This document shows positions 19,182 through 29,639 of a DNA stretch of 32,000 nucleotides, in pieces. The stretch comes from Xylella taiwanensis. GTDB taxonomy: Bacteria > Pseudomonadota > Gammaproteobacteria > Xanthomonadales > Xanthomonadaceae. A model generated the notes under the pieces. The model did no database searches, was not told the origin of the DNA, and worked only from the letters and a program-made list of their open reading frames with translations. Location: assembly GCF_013177435.1 (NCBI RefSeq), contig NZ_CP053627.1, positions 2,220,001-2,252,000 on the forward strand. Reading direction: 5' to 3'. A program made the translations under genes and the position numbers. Position 1 is the first letter of the stretch; the number at the start of each line of letters is the position of its first letter.

Positions 19182-21767
19182 TCACAGCTTGCCGAATACC
19201 AATTGCCCTCGATCGACACTCACCTGCACAGTATCACCACTGACGAACTGTCCAGCCAAGATCTGCTTCGCCAAGGGATTCTCCAACTGAGATTGGATCG
19301 CTCGCTTAAGCGGACGCGCCCCATATACCGGATCAAATCCGACATTACCAAGCAATTCTAATGCGCAGTCATCCAGCTCTAGTTTTAACTCAGATTCGGC
19401 GAGACGCTTCTCAAGACCTCGTAGCTGGATTCGCGCAATCTGCTTGATCTGTGCCTTATCCAATGGGTGGAACACGACAATATCATCCAACCGGTTAATG
19501 AACTCCGGACGGAAATGTGCCTGCACCACCCCCATCACCGCCGCCTTCATTTGCGTATACACCTCCGGAGAATCGTCTCCACTCAGCTCTTGGATATGAT
19601 GCGAACCAAGGTTCGATGTCATCACAATGACGGTATTGCGAAAATCCACAGTACGGCCCTGACCATCAGTCAAACGGCCGTCATCAAGTACTTGCAACAG
19701 GATATTGAAGACATCGCCATGCGCCTTCTCCACCTCATCCAGAAGAATCAGAGAGTAAGGCCGGCGCCGCACCAACTCGGTGAGATAACCTCCTTCCTCA
19801 TAACCGACATAGCCCGGAGGCGCACCAATCAGGCGCGCTACAGAGTGCTTTTCCATAAACTCACTCATATCAATGCGGACCATTGCATCGTGGCTATCGA
19901 ACAAAAATTCAGCCAACGCTTTACATAACTCGGTCTTACCAACACCTGTCGGACCAAGAAAAAGGAACGAGCCAATCGGTCGATTCGGGTCAGATAGACC
20001 AGTACGCGAACGACGCACCGCATCCGACACAACCTTGATCGCATCCTCCTGGCCAATCACACGTCGGCGCAGATCATCTTCCATACGCAGCAACTTGTCG
20101 CGCTCACCCTCAATCATCCTGTTAACCGGGATACCAGTCCAGCGGCTGACAACCTCGGCAATCTCCTCAGCAGTCACTTTCTCCTGCACCAGGGTGAAAT
20201 CGTGCTGTTCAGCCTGACTGGCTGCAACCAACTGCTTCTCCAGCGCTGGGAGTACACCGTACTGGATCTCGCTCATCTTGGCGTAGTCCTGACGGCGCTG
20301 CGCGGCTTCCAGATCAAGCTTGGCCTGCTCGATCGTCTCCTTGATCCTGGTTGCCCCCTGTAGCGCTGCCTTTTCCGATCTCCACACCTCCTCCAAATCA
20401 GAAAACTCACGCTCCAGCACCGCAATATCACGCTCAAGATCGGCTAAACGCTGCTTGCTCGCCTCATCCTTCTCTTTTTTTAGCATCTCCCGCTGAATCT
20501 TCAACTGAATCAACCGACGCTCCAGACGGTCAAGTTCTTCCGGCTTGGAGTCAATCTCCATACGAATACGACTGGCCGCCTCATCCATCAAATCGATCGC
20601 CTTGTCTGGTAACTGACGATCAGTGATGTAGCGGTTGGACAACGTCGCCGCGGCAACGATCGCCGGATCAGTGATTTCCACACCGTGATGCAACGCGTAC
20701 TTCTCCTTAAGTCCACGAAGAATTGCGATGGTATCCTCCACCGTCGGCTCACCAACAAACACCTTCTGGAAACGGCGTTCCAACGCAGCATCCTTCTCGA
20801 TGTACTTGCGGTACTCATCCAACGTGGTCGCACCGATACAATGCAACTCCCCACGTGCCAACGCCGGCTTGAGCATGTTGCCAGCATCCATCGCACCATC
20901 GGCTTTGCCCGCCCCGACCATGGTATGCAACTCGTCAATGAACAAAATGACCTGCCCTTCATTCTTAGCAAGATCGTTAAGCACCGCCTTTAAACGCTCC
21001 TCGAACTCACCACGAAACTTGGCCCCGGCAATCAACGCGCCCAAATCCAGAGAGAGCAGACGCTTACTACGCAGCCCTTCCGGAACCTCACCATTGACGA
21101 TACGTTGGGCCAGACCTTCTACGATCGCCGTTTTGCCCACACCCGGCTCACCCATCAGCACAGGATTATTTTTGGTACGCCGCTGCAATACCTGTATCGT
21201 GCGACGGATCTCTTCATCGCGGCCAATCACCGGATCCAGCTTGCCACTCTCAGCTCGCGCCGTCAGATCAATGGTGTACTTTTCCAACGCTTGACGCTGC
21301 TCCTCGGCGTTCTCGGTCTGTACAGTTTCGCCACCACGCAATTTACCGATCGCAGCCTCGATCTTCTTCTTTTCGGCACCCGCAGCACGCAACGCTTGGC
21401 CGAGCGGCCCACTATCATCAGCCGCGGCAAGCACAAACCACTCACTGGCCATAAATTGATCGCCATGCTGCTGCGCTAACTTGTCAGTTCGATCAAACAA
21501 ACGGCTCAGTTCATTACTGGCCGAGACATTAACCGTCTGACCACTCACCTTCGGCAACGCCTCCAGTACCTCGGTCAATCGCTCACGTAGCAACGGCACG
21601 TTGACCCCAGCCTGCGCCAACAACGGACGTGCACTCCCCCCTTGCTGATCAAGCAACGCTAAGAAGACATGCACCGGCTCGATAATAGTATGGTCACGGC
21701 CCACGGCCAGCGATTGCGCGTCAGCCAGCGCCTTCTGGAAACGCGAAGTAAGCTTATCCACCCGCAT
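19182..21767 (-). CDS. clpB: ClpB disaggregase (AAA+ chaperone)
   Basis: The 861-aa product has two Walker A motifs ([16 protein letters not shown]) and a coiled-coil middle domain. It is colinear with E. coli ClpB throughout. SD GGAGG lies upstream of the ATG at 21767. Confidence 0.98.
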   Translation of the reverse strand: MRVDKLTSRFQKALADAQSLAVGRDHTIIEPVHVFLALLDQQGGSARPLLAQAGVNVPLLRERLTEVLEALPKVSGQTVNVSASNELSRLFDRTDKLAQQHGDQFMASEWFVLAAADDSGPLGQALRAAGAEKKKIEAAIGKLRGGETVQTENAEEQRQALEKYTIDLTARAESGKLDPVIGRDEEIRRTIQVLQRRTKNNPVLMGEPGVGKTAIVEGLAQRIVNGEVPEGLRSKRLLSLDLGALIAGAKFRGEFEERLKAVLNDLAKNEGQVILFIDELHTMVGAGKADGAMDAGNMLKPALARGELHCIGATTLDEYRKYIEKDAALERRFQKVFVGEPTVEDTIAILRGLKEKYALHHGVEITDPAIVAAATLSNRYITDRQLPDKAIDLMDEAASRIRMEIDSKPEELDRLERRLIQLKIQREMLKKEKDEASKQRLADLERDIAVLEREFSDLEEVWRSEKAALQGATRIKETIEQAKLDLEAAQRRQDYAKMSEIQYGVLPALEKQLVAASQAEQHDFTLVQEKVTAEEIAEVVSRWTGIPVNRMIEGERDKLLRMEDDLRRRVIGQEDAIKVVSDAVRRSRTGLSDPNRPIGSFLFLGPTGVGKTELCKALAEFLFDSHDAMVRIDMSEFMEKHSVARLIGAPPGYVGYEEGGYLTELVRRRPYSLILLDEVEKAHGDVFNILLQVLDDGRLTDGQGRTVDFRNTVIVMTSNLGSHHIQELSGDDSPEVYTQMKAAVMGVVQAHFRPEFINRLDDIVVFHPLDKAQIKQIARIQLRGLEKRLAESELKLELDDCALELLGNVGFDPVYGARPLKRAIQSQLENPLAKQILAGQFVSGDTVQVSVDRGQLVFGKL

Positions 21768-21817
21768 GAAAAGCCTCCGTTAAGAAAGGGACCGGGTATC
21801 TACCGGCAACATCCAAC

Positions 21818-21845
21818 AGATGCGGTTTGGCAAGTCACTTTCAAG
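21818..21845 (-). promoter_or_regulatory. Sigma-32 (heat-shock) promoter of clpB
   Basis: The minus strand reads CTTGAAA-N13-CCGCATCT, against the consensus CTTGAAA-N13-15-CCCCATNT. The -10 element ends about 50 nt upstream of the clpB ATG. Confidence 0.6.
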
Positions 21846-22456
21846 GACACTATCGATCACCACGTGTGTGTTCGCAATGCGATACAACACCACAACTTGC
21901 CAAAACGCTTACTGACAATCTCACCTGGACTGACCCCTTAAGTACGCCCGTCATACTGCAGGATCAAACACAGCCGCAATGAACCACCAACTGAATACTG
22001 CCGCCACATAAAGAAAACACACACACCGCCTAGCAGCACCCGCTCGAACACGGGTACACAACCAATCTCCCATCCCCCCTTATCCGGAGTACACCGAACG
22101 ATGAAATATCCTACTCACCAACGTGCTATCGAAGCTGAAACTCCATATATTCATTCGATTAAAACAAAGCAAACCAATGGCACCAGCACCCCAAGCTCAG
22201 TCGCGATACAAGACCACTATCACAAACAATTACTTGCCTTCTCATCAACACAAACAAACCTGCAATCAGGGCATCAGTCATTGACATGCAATGAAAGCCA
22301 CCAAAAACATCATAAAAATTATTTACGCTGATGGCGCAGTTACACTAACGGGAGCAGAACCGAACAAACACCAGGCGCCCACATAGCTGCAGTCAATGAT
22401 TTTCTGTTAGCTGCTGAACATGTATCGTTTCTGCAACAAAATCCTGAGATAACGTC

Positions 22457-22648
22457 TCACTCAACCATCATCATCTCGAAATCAGCTTTACCAATACCGC
22501 AATAAGGGCAAACCCAGTCTTCAGACACATCTTCCCATCGCGTTCCGGCGGCGATCCCTTCCTCCGGCAACCCCTCCTCTTCACGGTACAGAAAACCGCA
22601 AACGGTACACACCCAGGTACGCCACGTCATTGTGGAAGGCTCGCTCAT
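22457..22648 (-). CDS. Rubredoxin
   Basis: WVCTVCGFLYREEEGLPEEGIAAGTRWEDVSEDWVCPYCG carries two CxxCG knuckles. An alternative start is MTWRTW at 22630. Confidence 0.9.
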   Translation of the reverse strand: MSEPSTMTWRTWVCTVCGFLYREEEGLPEEGIAAGTRWEDVSEDWVCPYCGIGKADFEMMMVE

Positions 22649-22725
22649 CGAATAATTCCAAGAACATACTGATTGATGGGACCAGTGGCATTGTCACACC
22701 CCGTCCTCTACTTCGGAAGCTCCTC

Positions 22726-23340
22726 ATGTCCCAACCTCGCGGCATCTACCTGATTACTCCCGATGAAATCGATACTGCACGGCTTCTAGCGCACACCGCA
22801 CCCTTGCTGAGCAGCATCGTTTGGCTGCAATACCGCAACAAACGAGCTAACACCGCATTACGCGCGGAGCAAGCACAGGCGCTGCTAGCACTATGCCGTC
22901 CAGCCGGTGTGCCACTGCTCATCAACGACGACGTAGAACTGGCGCAAACGATCGGCGCAGATGGCGTGCATCTGGGTATGCATGACGATCATCCCACCGT
23001 GGCACGCGCACGGCTCGGACCACACGCGATCATAGGCGTCTCCTGCTACAACCAACTTGAACGTGCGCAGCAAGCAGTAAAAGCCGGTGCTAGCTACGTA
23101 GGTTTCGGTGCGTTCTATCCGAGTCATACCAAAGTCACCCCGTACCGCGCCACCCTGGAACTGCTACACCAAACCACCCATCTAGGTGTACCACGCGTGG
23201 CCATCGGCGGCCTGACACCAGAGAATATTGCTCCTATCATTGAGGCAGGCGCAGACCTGCTCGCAGTCATCAGCGGAATCTATTATGCAAAGAATCCAGT
23301 CGCTGCACTGACGGCGTACCACAGCCGCTTCAACATCTGA
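22726..23340 (+). CDS. thiE: Thiamine-phosphate synthase
   Basis: Motifs GIYLITPD, LQYRNK, LLINDD, DGVHLG, IGVSC, YVGFGAFYPSHTK and IGGL identify it. ATG at 22726 is preferred; the ORF-track start at 22630 would overlap the rubredoxin start and adds non-homologous residues. Confidence 0.9.
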   Translation: MSQPRGIYLITPDEIDTARLLAHTAPLLSSIVWLQYRNKRANTALRAEQAQALLALCRPAGVPLLINDDVELAQTIGADGVHLGMHDDHPTVARARLGPHAIIGVSCYNQLERAQQAVKAGASYVGFGAFYPSHTKVTPYRATLELLHQTTHLGVPRVAIGGLTPENIAPIIEAGADLLAVISGIYYAKNPVAALTAYHSRFNI

Positions 23341-24831
23341 ACACACCATCAAGCCACTCCCTTTCACCGTCAACTCACCCAACCACTCCACCAAACAGGG
23401 CCTGTTGATGCTCCAACACAACCTCCTCTCGCTGACAAGCCAGCCATCCAAACCCGGTTAACACGACCGCACACCATCCGTCATCAGAGCCAAGCAGACT
23501 GAAGGCGATGCACATGACACCGAACTTCTGGCATCCAGAACAGATCTTGCACATCTTGCGATCATATGCTCAAGGATTAGGATTGATGCGGGTGCGCAGC
23601 GATGGCACGACGGGGATGCAGCACAAGTCAAACGCCAGCAGGCAGGCTTGGTGCCTGTATAGGCATGCTCCATGCGCATGTGCAAAGCACAATTCGGCGG
23701 CCCGGACACTTGAAACACTGGTGACCTTCGGCGCATCACGCGCTTGTCCAGGCGATAGAGAGAAGGCCATGAACGTGCGCGTATCCACCGCTAAGCAAGT
23801 ACTGCCTCGTATTCCACCCACCACCGGATGTGCCGATAGTCGGCGAACCGTTTTGGGGACGCACCAGTACCATGCGGACGCATCTTCACAACAAATGCTG
23901 TCCAAACAACACCGTCTGGTTCTCGATCTGCACGACCTGCACTTGCTGGAATTGCTCGAAGGCTCGATCCAGCACGCCCGGTTTCGCCCATCCGGTCAGT
24001 GTGCCAGTGACCCAAGCTACACCATTTTTAACCACACTCAGCGACATACAGGATAGTGTCGAACACCTACAGACGCCTCAAACTGACGTTGCCACATTGC
24101 CTCAACAGACAGTTTTCGACCTGTAAAAATTGAGGCGGCTGCAATTTCCATACGCCCACTGCCTCAGGGACACCGCCTAGGCACCATGCGTGTTAACACC
24201 CCCCTGGTACGCCAGGATGGGAGTGATGTCCCAACACACTGACAGCAGGCTAAGCAAAGCAACTTGGTCATCAGGATAGACTCAACATCGTTTCACCAGC
24301 ACCCTACTTGGTCACAGCAGGTCTTCATGTGAAGATCCTCCCTCATAACGAGTTGATATGTCCCCACATCAGGGGTGTCAAAGCAGCATCGTCCCACGGC
24401 GTGAACCTGCTAGATCCTCAATGGGGCGACGCTGACTGCGATGATCGATCCCTGGATCATTCTCCAAATAGTGTCTGATAACACCAGCATTGCACCCCTC
24501 ATTCTTCCTGACAGCGTAACAGCGCTATGTCTGCGCACCTGCATAAACACTCATGGCCATCCTGAGAATCACGTCGAAAAATGACACATCATTGCGGCAT
24601 CAGACCATTAACGCCGTAGCACTCTCTGCCTCCTGCATAGCAAACGACCAAAACAGGGTGATGGTTTGCAGACAACAGTCGTTTGGATATAGACCCAACG
24701 AAGTAACGTCACAAAGCTTAATTTTGTAAACCCTGTCTCCCATCCCAAATTTCATATTCCAGATCTTGCGCAACACGCATGCCTCATTTGGAACTCCATA
24801 ATGCAAGTCCCCCTCCCCCACACCTGACCTC

Positions 24832-26061
24832 GTGAAACTCGCCGATCTGTCCACCCCTGCGTTCTTAGAGAATCCCTATCCCCTGTATGAAACCCTGCGC
24901 ACGCAGGGACCTTTCGTGCGTATCGGACCGAATGCACTGATCACGGGACGCTACAACATCGTTGATGCCTTGCTGCACAACCGGAAGATGGGCAAAAACT
25001 ACATGGAAAGTGTCCGCCTGAGGTATGGAGACGATGCCCCTGATATGCCCCTGTTCCAGGGATTCAAGCGGATGTTCCTGATGATCAATCCGCCCATGCA
25101 TACGCATCTGCGCGGCTTGGTGATGCAGGCATTCAGTGGACGGGAAAGTGAATCGATGCGTGCCCTTGCGACCGATACGGCGCACCGCTTGATCGATCAG
25201 TTCGAGCAGAAGCAATCGGTCGATCTTGTGACCGAATTTTCCTTTCCCCTTCCCATGCGGATCATTTGCAGGATGATGGATGTGGATATCGGTGACTCCA
25301 TCGGACTGGGCCTGGGGATCAGCAAGATCGCCAAGGTGTTGGATCCCGCACCGATGTCGGCCGATGAATTGGTGCAAACGAACGCTGCCTACGAAGAACT
25401 AGCACAGTACTTCACGAAATTAATCGAGGCACGTCGGATGCAGCCTGGGACTGACCTGATTTCCATGTTGCTGCGTGCCGAAGAAGACGGTCAGAAACTG
25501 ACACATGATGAAATCGTGTCCAATGTGATTATGTTATTGCTGGCCGGCTACGAAACGACCTCCAACATGATTGGCAATGCGCTGATCGCATTGCATCATC
25601 ATCCCAAGCAACTTGCACTGCTCAAGAGTGATCTGGCGCTGATACCGCAAGCAGTGCTGGAATGCTTACGTTACGACGGGTCGGTGCAATTCACGATCCG
25701 CGCGGCGCTGGAAGATGTGGAGGTTGAAGGCGAAGTGGTGCCGCGTGGCACGATGGTCATTTTGATGCTTGGTGCTGCCAACCGTGATCCGGCGCAATTC
25801 ACCGATCCGGAGCATCTAGACATCAGTCGCAAACAGGGACGCTCACAAGCATTCAGTGCCGGCATTCATCATTGTCTTGGATATCGGCTTGCACTGATTG
25901 AGCTGGAATGTGCACTGAGCGCACTGTTTGAACGCCTGCCACATCTGCGGCTCACCAATCCGGATAGATTGAGCTGGAACCAGCGGGGCAATCTGCGAGG
26001 CGTCAATGCATTGATCGTCGATTTGCATGAGAAAAATGCAATGAAGCACGATCAGATGTAA
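24832..26061 (+). CDS. Cytochrome P450 monooxygenase
   Basis: The heme loop is [14 protein letters not shown], the I-helix is [11 protein letters not shown], the ExxR motif is ECLRYD, and the N-terminus has [10 protein letters not shown]. The gene has a GTG start and no purine-rich RBS (the upstream sequence is CCCCCTCCCCCACACC). Confidence 0.88.
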   Translation: MKLADLSTPAFLENPYPLYETLRTQGPFVRIGPNALITGRYNIVDALLHNRKMGKNYMESVRLRYGDDAPDMPLFQGFKRMFLMINPPMHTHLRGLVMQAFSGRESESMRALATDTAHRLIDQFEQKQSVDLVTEFSFPLPMRIICRMMDVDIGDSIGLGLGISKIAKVLDPAPMSADELVQTNAAYEELAQYFTKLIEARRMQPGTDLISMLLRAEEDGQKLTHDEIVSNVIMLLLAGYETTSNMIGNALIALHHHPKQLALLKSDLALIPQAVLECLRYDGSVQFTIRAALEDVEVEGEVVPRGTMVILMLGAANRDPAQFTDPEHLDISRKQGRSQAFSAGIHHCLGYRLALIELECALSALFERLPHLRLTNPDRLSWNQRGNLRGVNALIVDLHEKNAMKHDQM

Positions 26062-27666
26062 AGCAGGCACTGCTCTATTGACGTGCTCGAAGGCTGATGC
26101 ACATTGAAAGTGAGCCTAGACCAGCCTACACGGGGTGGTTCGCAACCAAGCGGTACCTCTGCTTGCTGTTTCCTGCCGTGACTTCTGCACCACCCTGGAA
26201 GCAAGTAAAGATAACATCGGATCGTAAGCCGATGTCCAGAAGATGTTGGTCACAAAATGGATGATCTTTGTATGGGACGTCACTGAGGAAGACGAATGGC
26301 TGCCAGAGCTCAACAGCTTGCTGAATGCTTGTCTTGAGGATGGCGTTTACATCCTTTTGATCTATGTGGCTTGCGTTGTGCTACGAACTAAACCTCTGGA
26401 GGTGTTGCGTTGGCGGATATCCAGTTTTCCGGAACGTTGCCTCCTGGGAAACGATCTCGTTCAGTATCCATGTCTGCGTTGTTAGCCGGGGTTCCGGGTA
26501 GCCCTTCATTCAGATGGCAAGGAAAGTGATGTTGAACCCCCGCGTTCAAACCATCACGACACACGCGTTGCGGCAATCATCCCCACTGAAAACAGCAAGA
26601 CCTGCTTTGTGTCACGCATCCGTGCACGTTTTTGTGTGTTGCAGTTCGCACTCACTCACAGCCATAGATCTATCCTCCATATTCTTCATTACAGAGCGAG
26701 GCATGATGGTCACCAAGGCGACTTTAGATATGCCCTGACGCAGGTTGCACGGAATTGCAGGTTTTGCGTGGTGTTGCTGACCTCATTGGAGTGGTCAAGA
26801 ACAAAAGTTGCTTTGTGGTTTGCTTCCTTGATGATGCGGAAAGATAGCGCAGGCTATCGGGCGTGCCAATTCAAGTCTGATTGGCACCCAGATGCATGCG
26901 ATGCAGCCCGGTGTCGGTGAGGTGTCGTGACAGAGTGGCTGGTGACGTTCCTATTGCGTCTATCGCAGGTTTTCGGATGATCCGTATATGGATCATCCGG
27001 GTATAGGAACATCAACATGTGACACCGTGTTTCTGGATCGTGTCAGTTCACGAAGCAAGCTGTTGGCAATACTGGACGATGTCCAGGACGTTTGCTTGGA
27101 AACGCGACTCCACCAGGTCTCTCAAAGGGATTGAGGGCGCCATTGTGTTTGCAACGGAAATGGCATCATCCGAATTGCATCACCTTGATACGGTTAGACA
27201 GAAGCAATCGTCGTGCAAGCAGGATCGCGCACCGCCTGATTTTGAATCTCATGCTGTCCATGTGTGCGGCTCGGTGAGGCTTGCGCTTGGAGCAATGGTG
27301 CACTTGCCATCACGCATCGAACATAGCGGACGCAATGATCAGATCAAAGTGCACTGTGCAGTAGATGCGGCGAGATCGGTGTACCCGGCAATACATAGGT
27401 GCTGAAGGTGACGGGCATCAATACTCACTCACCGATTGCATCCCTATTTTTTAATTCCATCCCATCACATACGCACTGAGTATGTCATTGACCAGTTCCG
27501 CAATGAATTCCATGAAATGTTTGTTCTGAGAGAGTTTGCTTACTTATGCGATTTAGAAGTGTGTTCATACTGACCCCTGTTTATAAAGCATCAACGCATG
27601 TAAGCCTCATGTTTCAAGTCCTCCCATCCAACACAAGACAGATTTTAAAGTGAAGAGGTCACTACC

Positions 27667-28935
27667 ATGATATTTAATTCTGAACGCAAATCGGTGCTTC
27701 AAGCGCTGGCTTTTCTTATTTTTGCCTGCGCTCTTCTCCCCACTGTCGCCGCTGCTTGGCCTCTACGCGGGACATTGCTCAAAAGCAATGTCCTCGCTAG
27801 CTATACGCGGCCCCAGATCGCTGCTCTGCTCCGTTCTGATGAACCACCGTCCGAGTCACCCAAATGTGACGTCCGGGTGGCCGAGGTGACTTATACAACG
27901 ATTGGCGTAGTCGGCGAACCAACCAAGGCATCAGCGGTGTTGCTCGTCCCAGGGGGGCCAGATTGTCCTGGTCCTTATCCTCTGCTCGCCTGGGGGCGTG
28001 CGACCGAGACAGTGCGCAAATCCGAACAGGCCAAGGACATTCGTGATGTCAAGGGCGACGATCCATTGGTCACGCGTTTGGCGAGTCAGGGCTACGCGGT
28101 CGTCAGCAGCGATGGTCTTGGATTGGGTCAATCTCCTTACTCCTTTGCTCCATATCTGCATGCGAACTCAGCAGCATCTGACTTGATCGATGCGATGCGT
28201 GCTGCTCGTACTGTATTGCAGCATTTAAATACGCCAATGTCGGATAAAGTGATGGTATCTGGCTTTTCGAAAGGTGGTCATACTGCCATGGCGACCCAAC
28301 GTGAGATTGAAGCGCATCTGTCAAATGAATTCCGGCTTGTCGCCAGCGCGCCGATCTCTGGCCCTTACGCGCTCAGTCAAACTTTTCGTGACAGTTGGAG
28401 TGGCAAAAACGACGTGGGTGTAAACGATTTCGCTATCCTATTTGGCACTTACGCAATCATTGCTATGCAGCGTACTTACCAAAACATCTACTCAGATACC
28501 ACGCAGATTTTCCAGAAGCCTTGGTCGGGCAGGGTTGAGCCATTGTTCCCCGGTAAGAAAAGCACGACTGAGCTTTTCTTAGGCGATGATTTGCCCGGGG
28601 TCGAGCAGATCAAAGAGTATCTCCAACCCGAATTCTATAAAGACTTCCTAAATAACCGGAAAAATGCATTCCGTTTCGATCTGGGACGTAACGATCTGCT
28701 GAATTGGACACCGCGTACTCTGACAGTGCTGTGCGGTTCTGATAACGATTCTGCCGTACCGTTGAAGAACGCAGTTTCGGCAATTGCATCCTTCGAGAAG
28801 CGTGGCAGTTACCAGGTGTCTATGATCGATGTTGGCAGCGGTAAACGTGAAGACAACGGTGCGCTGGCACATTTGGCCAGTGAAGAACCTTGTATGGTTG
28901 CGGTTCGCCATCAGTTGCTGGATAAGCAACGTTAG
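27667..28935 (+). CDS. Secreted lipase/esterase of the Xanthomonas LipA / Xylella LesA family, copy 1
   Basis: The signal peptide ends TVAAA-WP. The nucleophile elbow is GFSKGG, and candidate catalytic Asp and His lie in CGSDNDSAVP and ALAHLASEEP. It is alignable along its whole length with the next copy. Confidence 0.85.
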   Translation: MIFNSERKSVLQALAFLIFACALLPTVAAAWPLRGTLLKSNVLASYTRPQIAALLRSDEPPSESPKCDVRVAEVTYTTIGVVGEPTKASAVLLVPGGPDCPGPYPLLAWGRATETVRKSEQAKDIRDVKGDDPLVTRLASQGYAVVSSDGLGLGQSPYSFAPYLHANSAASDLIDAMRAARTVLQHLNTPMSDKVMVSGFSKGGHTAMATQREIEAHLSNEFRLVASAPISGPYALSQTFRDSWSGKNDVGVNDFAILFGTYAIIAMQRTYQNIYSDTTQIFQKPWSGRVEPLFPGKKSTTELFLGDDLPGVEQIKEYLQPEFYKDFLNNRKNAFRFDLGRNDLLNWTPRTLTVLCGSDNDSAVPLKNAVSAIASFEKRGSYQVSMIDVGSGKREDNGALAHLASEEPCMVAVRHQLLDKQR

Positions 28936-29113
28936 TCCATCAATCGCAACGTATCGAGATAAATGTTCAGTATGCGGTGCCTTGATCTGTGACTGACTGA
29001 TCATGAGACATCCAAAGTAATGTGAGGATCACCCTAAGATGTGTTGATGATGAGCGCTATGGTCAATCAATCGATCCAGCCTATTGAAGGTTGAATATTT
29101 CGGTAATGCAAGA

Positions 29114-29180
29114 AGGACGACGTTGCTATGGTTGTCCTGTGACATCATGGGTGCCCGGTATGTGACCGGGCACTTTTTCT
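29114..29180 (+). terminator. Two-hairpin 3-prime module ending in a rho-independent terminator (lipase copy 1)
   Basis: Hairpin 1 pairs AGGACGAC with GTTGTCCT (29114-29138). Hairpin 2 is GTGCCCGGT-ATGTG-ACCGGGCAC (29151-29173), followed by TTTTTCT. Confidence 0.75.
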
Positions 29181-29639
29181 GTGTTTTGCGATCTGTTTTA
29201 AATATGTTTTATTGTTATTTTTTTAATATATTTTCTGATTTAGTTCTATTAACGACTCATTAAGCAGAGCCTTGCAGTTTAACTGCATTTTCATTTTCTT
29301 TACTCTGTTCGTAACGAAACAAGATTGCCAGAAATAATTTTTAATGAAATACATTATGAGGCATCTGTGGTAATGATATTTCAACAGTCAAAAAGGGGCT
29401 GATCCAACGTGGATGTTGGATAGTGATTTAGATCATGGTTTAAGTATTTTTGATCTCGTTATTTACATCATTTTTTAATTTCTACTGCGAAATTTTTTAT
29501 CAATTCTTTAGTTTTGAGAGAGCCATCTTACTTTGTTGCTAAAGATAGTGCTTATCCTAATGAAACATAAAAAGAGCTGAAAAACCCGATTTTAATTCCT
29601 CAAGAACGCACTCAATACACACTAAGGAGAGCATTAATT

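Noticed and set aside
19467-21479. Seven ORFs of 63-188 aa inside clpB (five on the plus strand, two on the minus strand in other frames)
   Set aside because: These are shadow frames of a highly conserved 861-aa gene. Their composition is Arg/Ser/Pro-rich and typical of off-frame translation.
22101-22331. 76-aa plus-strand ORF between clpB and rubredoxin
   Set aside because: It is a low-complexity Thr/Gln/His/Ser-rich product of A/C-rich non-coding DNA, with no RBS.
22630-22725. 32-codon N-terminal extension of thiE overlapping the rubredoxin start
   Set aside because: It is non-homologous. The conserved ThiE N-terminus begins just after the ATG at 22726.
23508-24126. 182-aa, 111-aa, 98-aa and 74-aa ORFs downstream of thiE
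   Set aside because: They mutually overlap on both strands, are Cys/Arg/His-rich, and have no motif or RBS. I treat them as ORF noise in a decayed interval.
23341-24831. Replication origin at the skew and orientation switch
   Set aside because: There is no dnaA/dnaN context, no cluster of TTATCCACA-like boxes and no AT-rich unwinding element. The interval is C-rich and GC-normal. The only near-consensus DnaA box I saw is a single ATATCCACA at 18800-18808, far from the switch.
24865-25377. 170-aa minus-strand ORF
   Set aside because: It is antisense to the P450 coding sequence and has no motifs.
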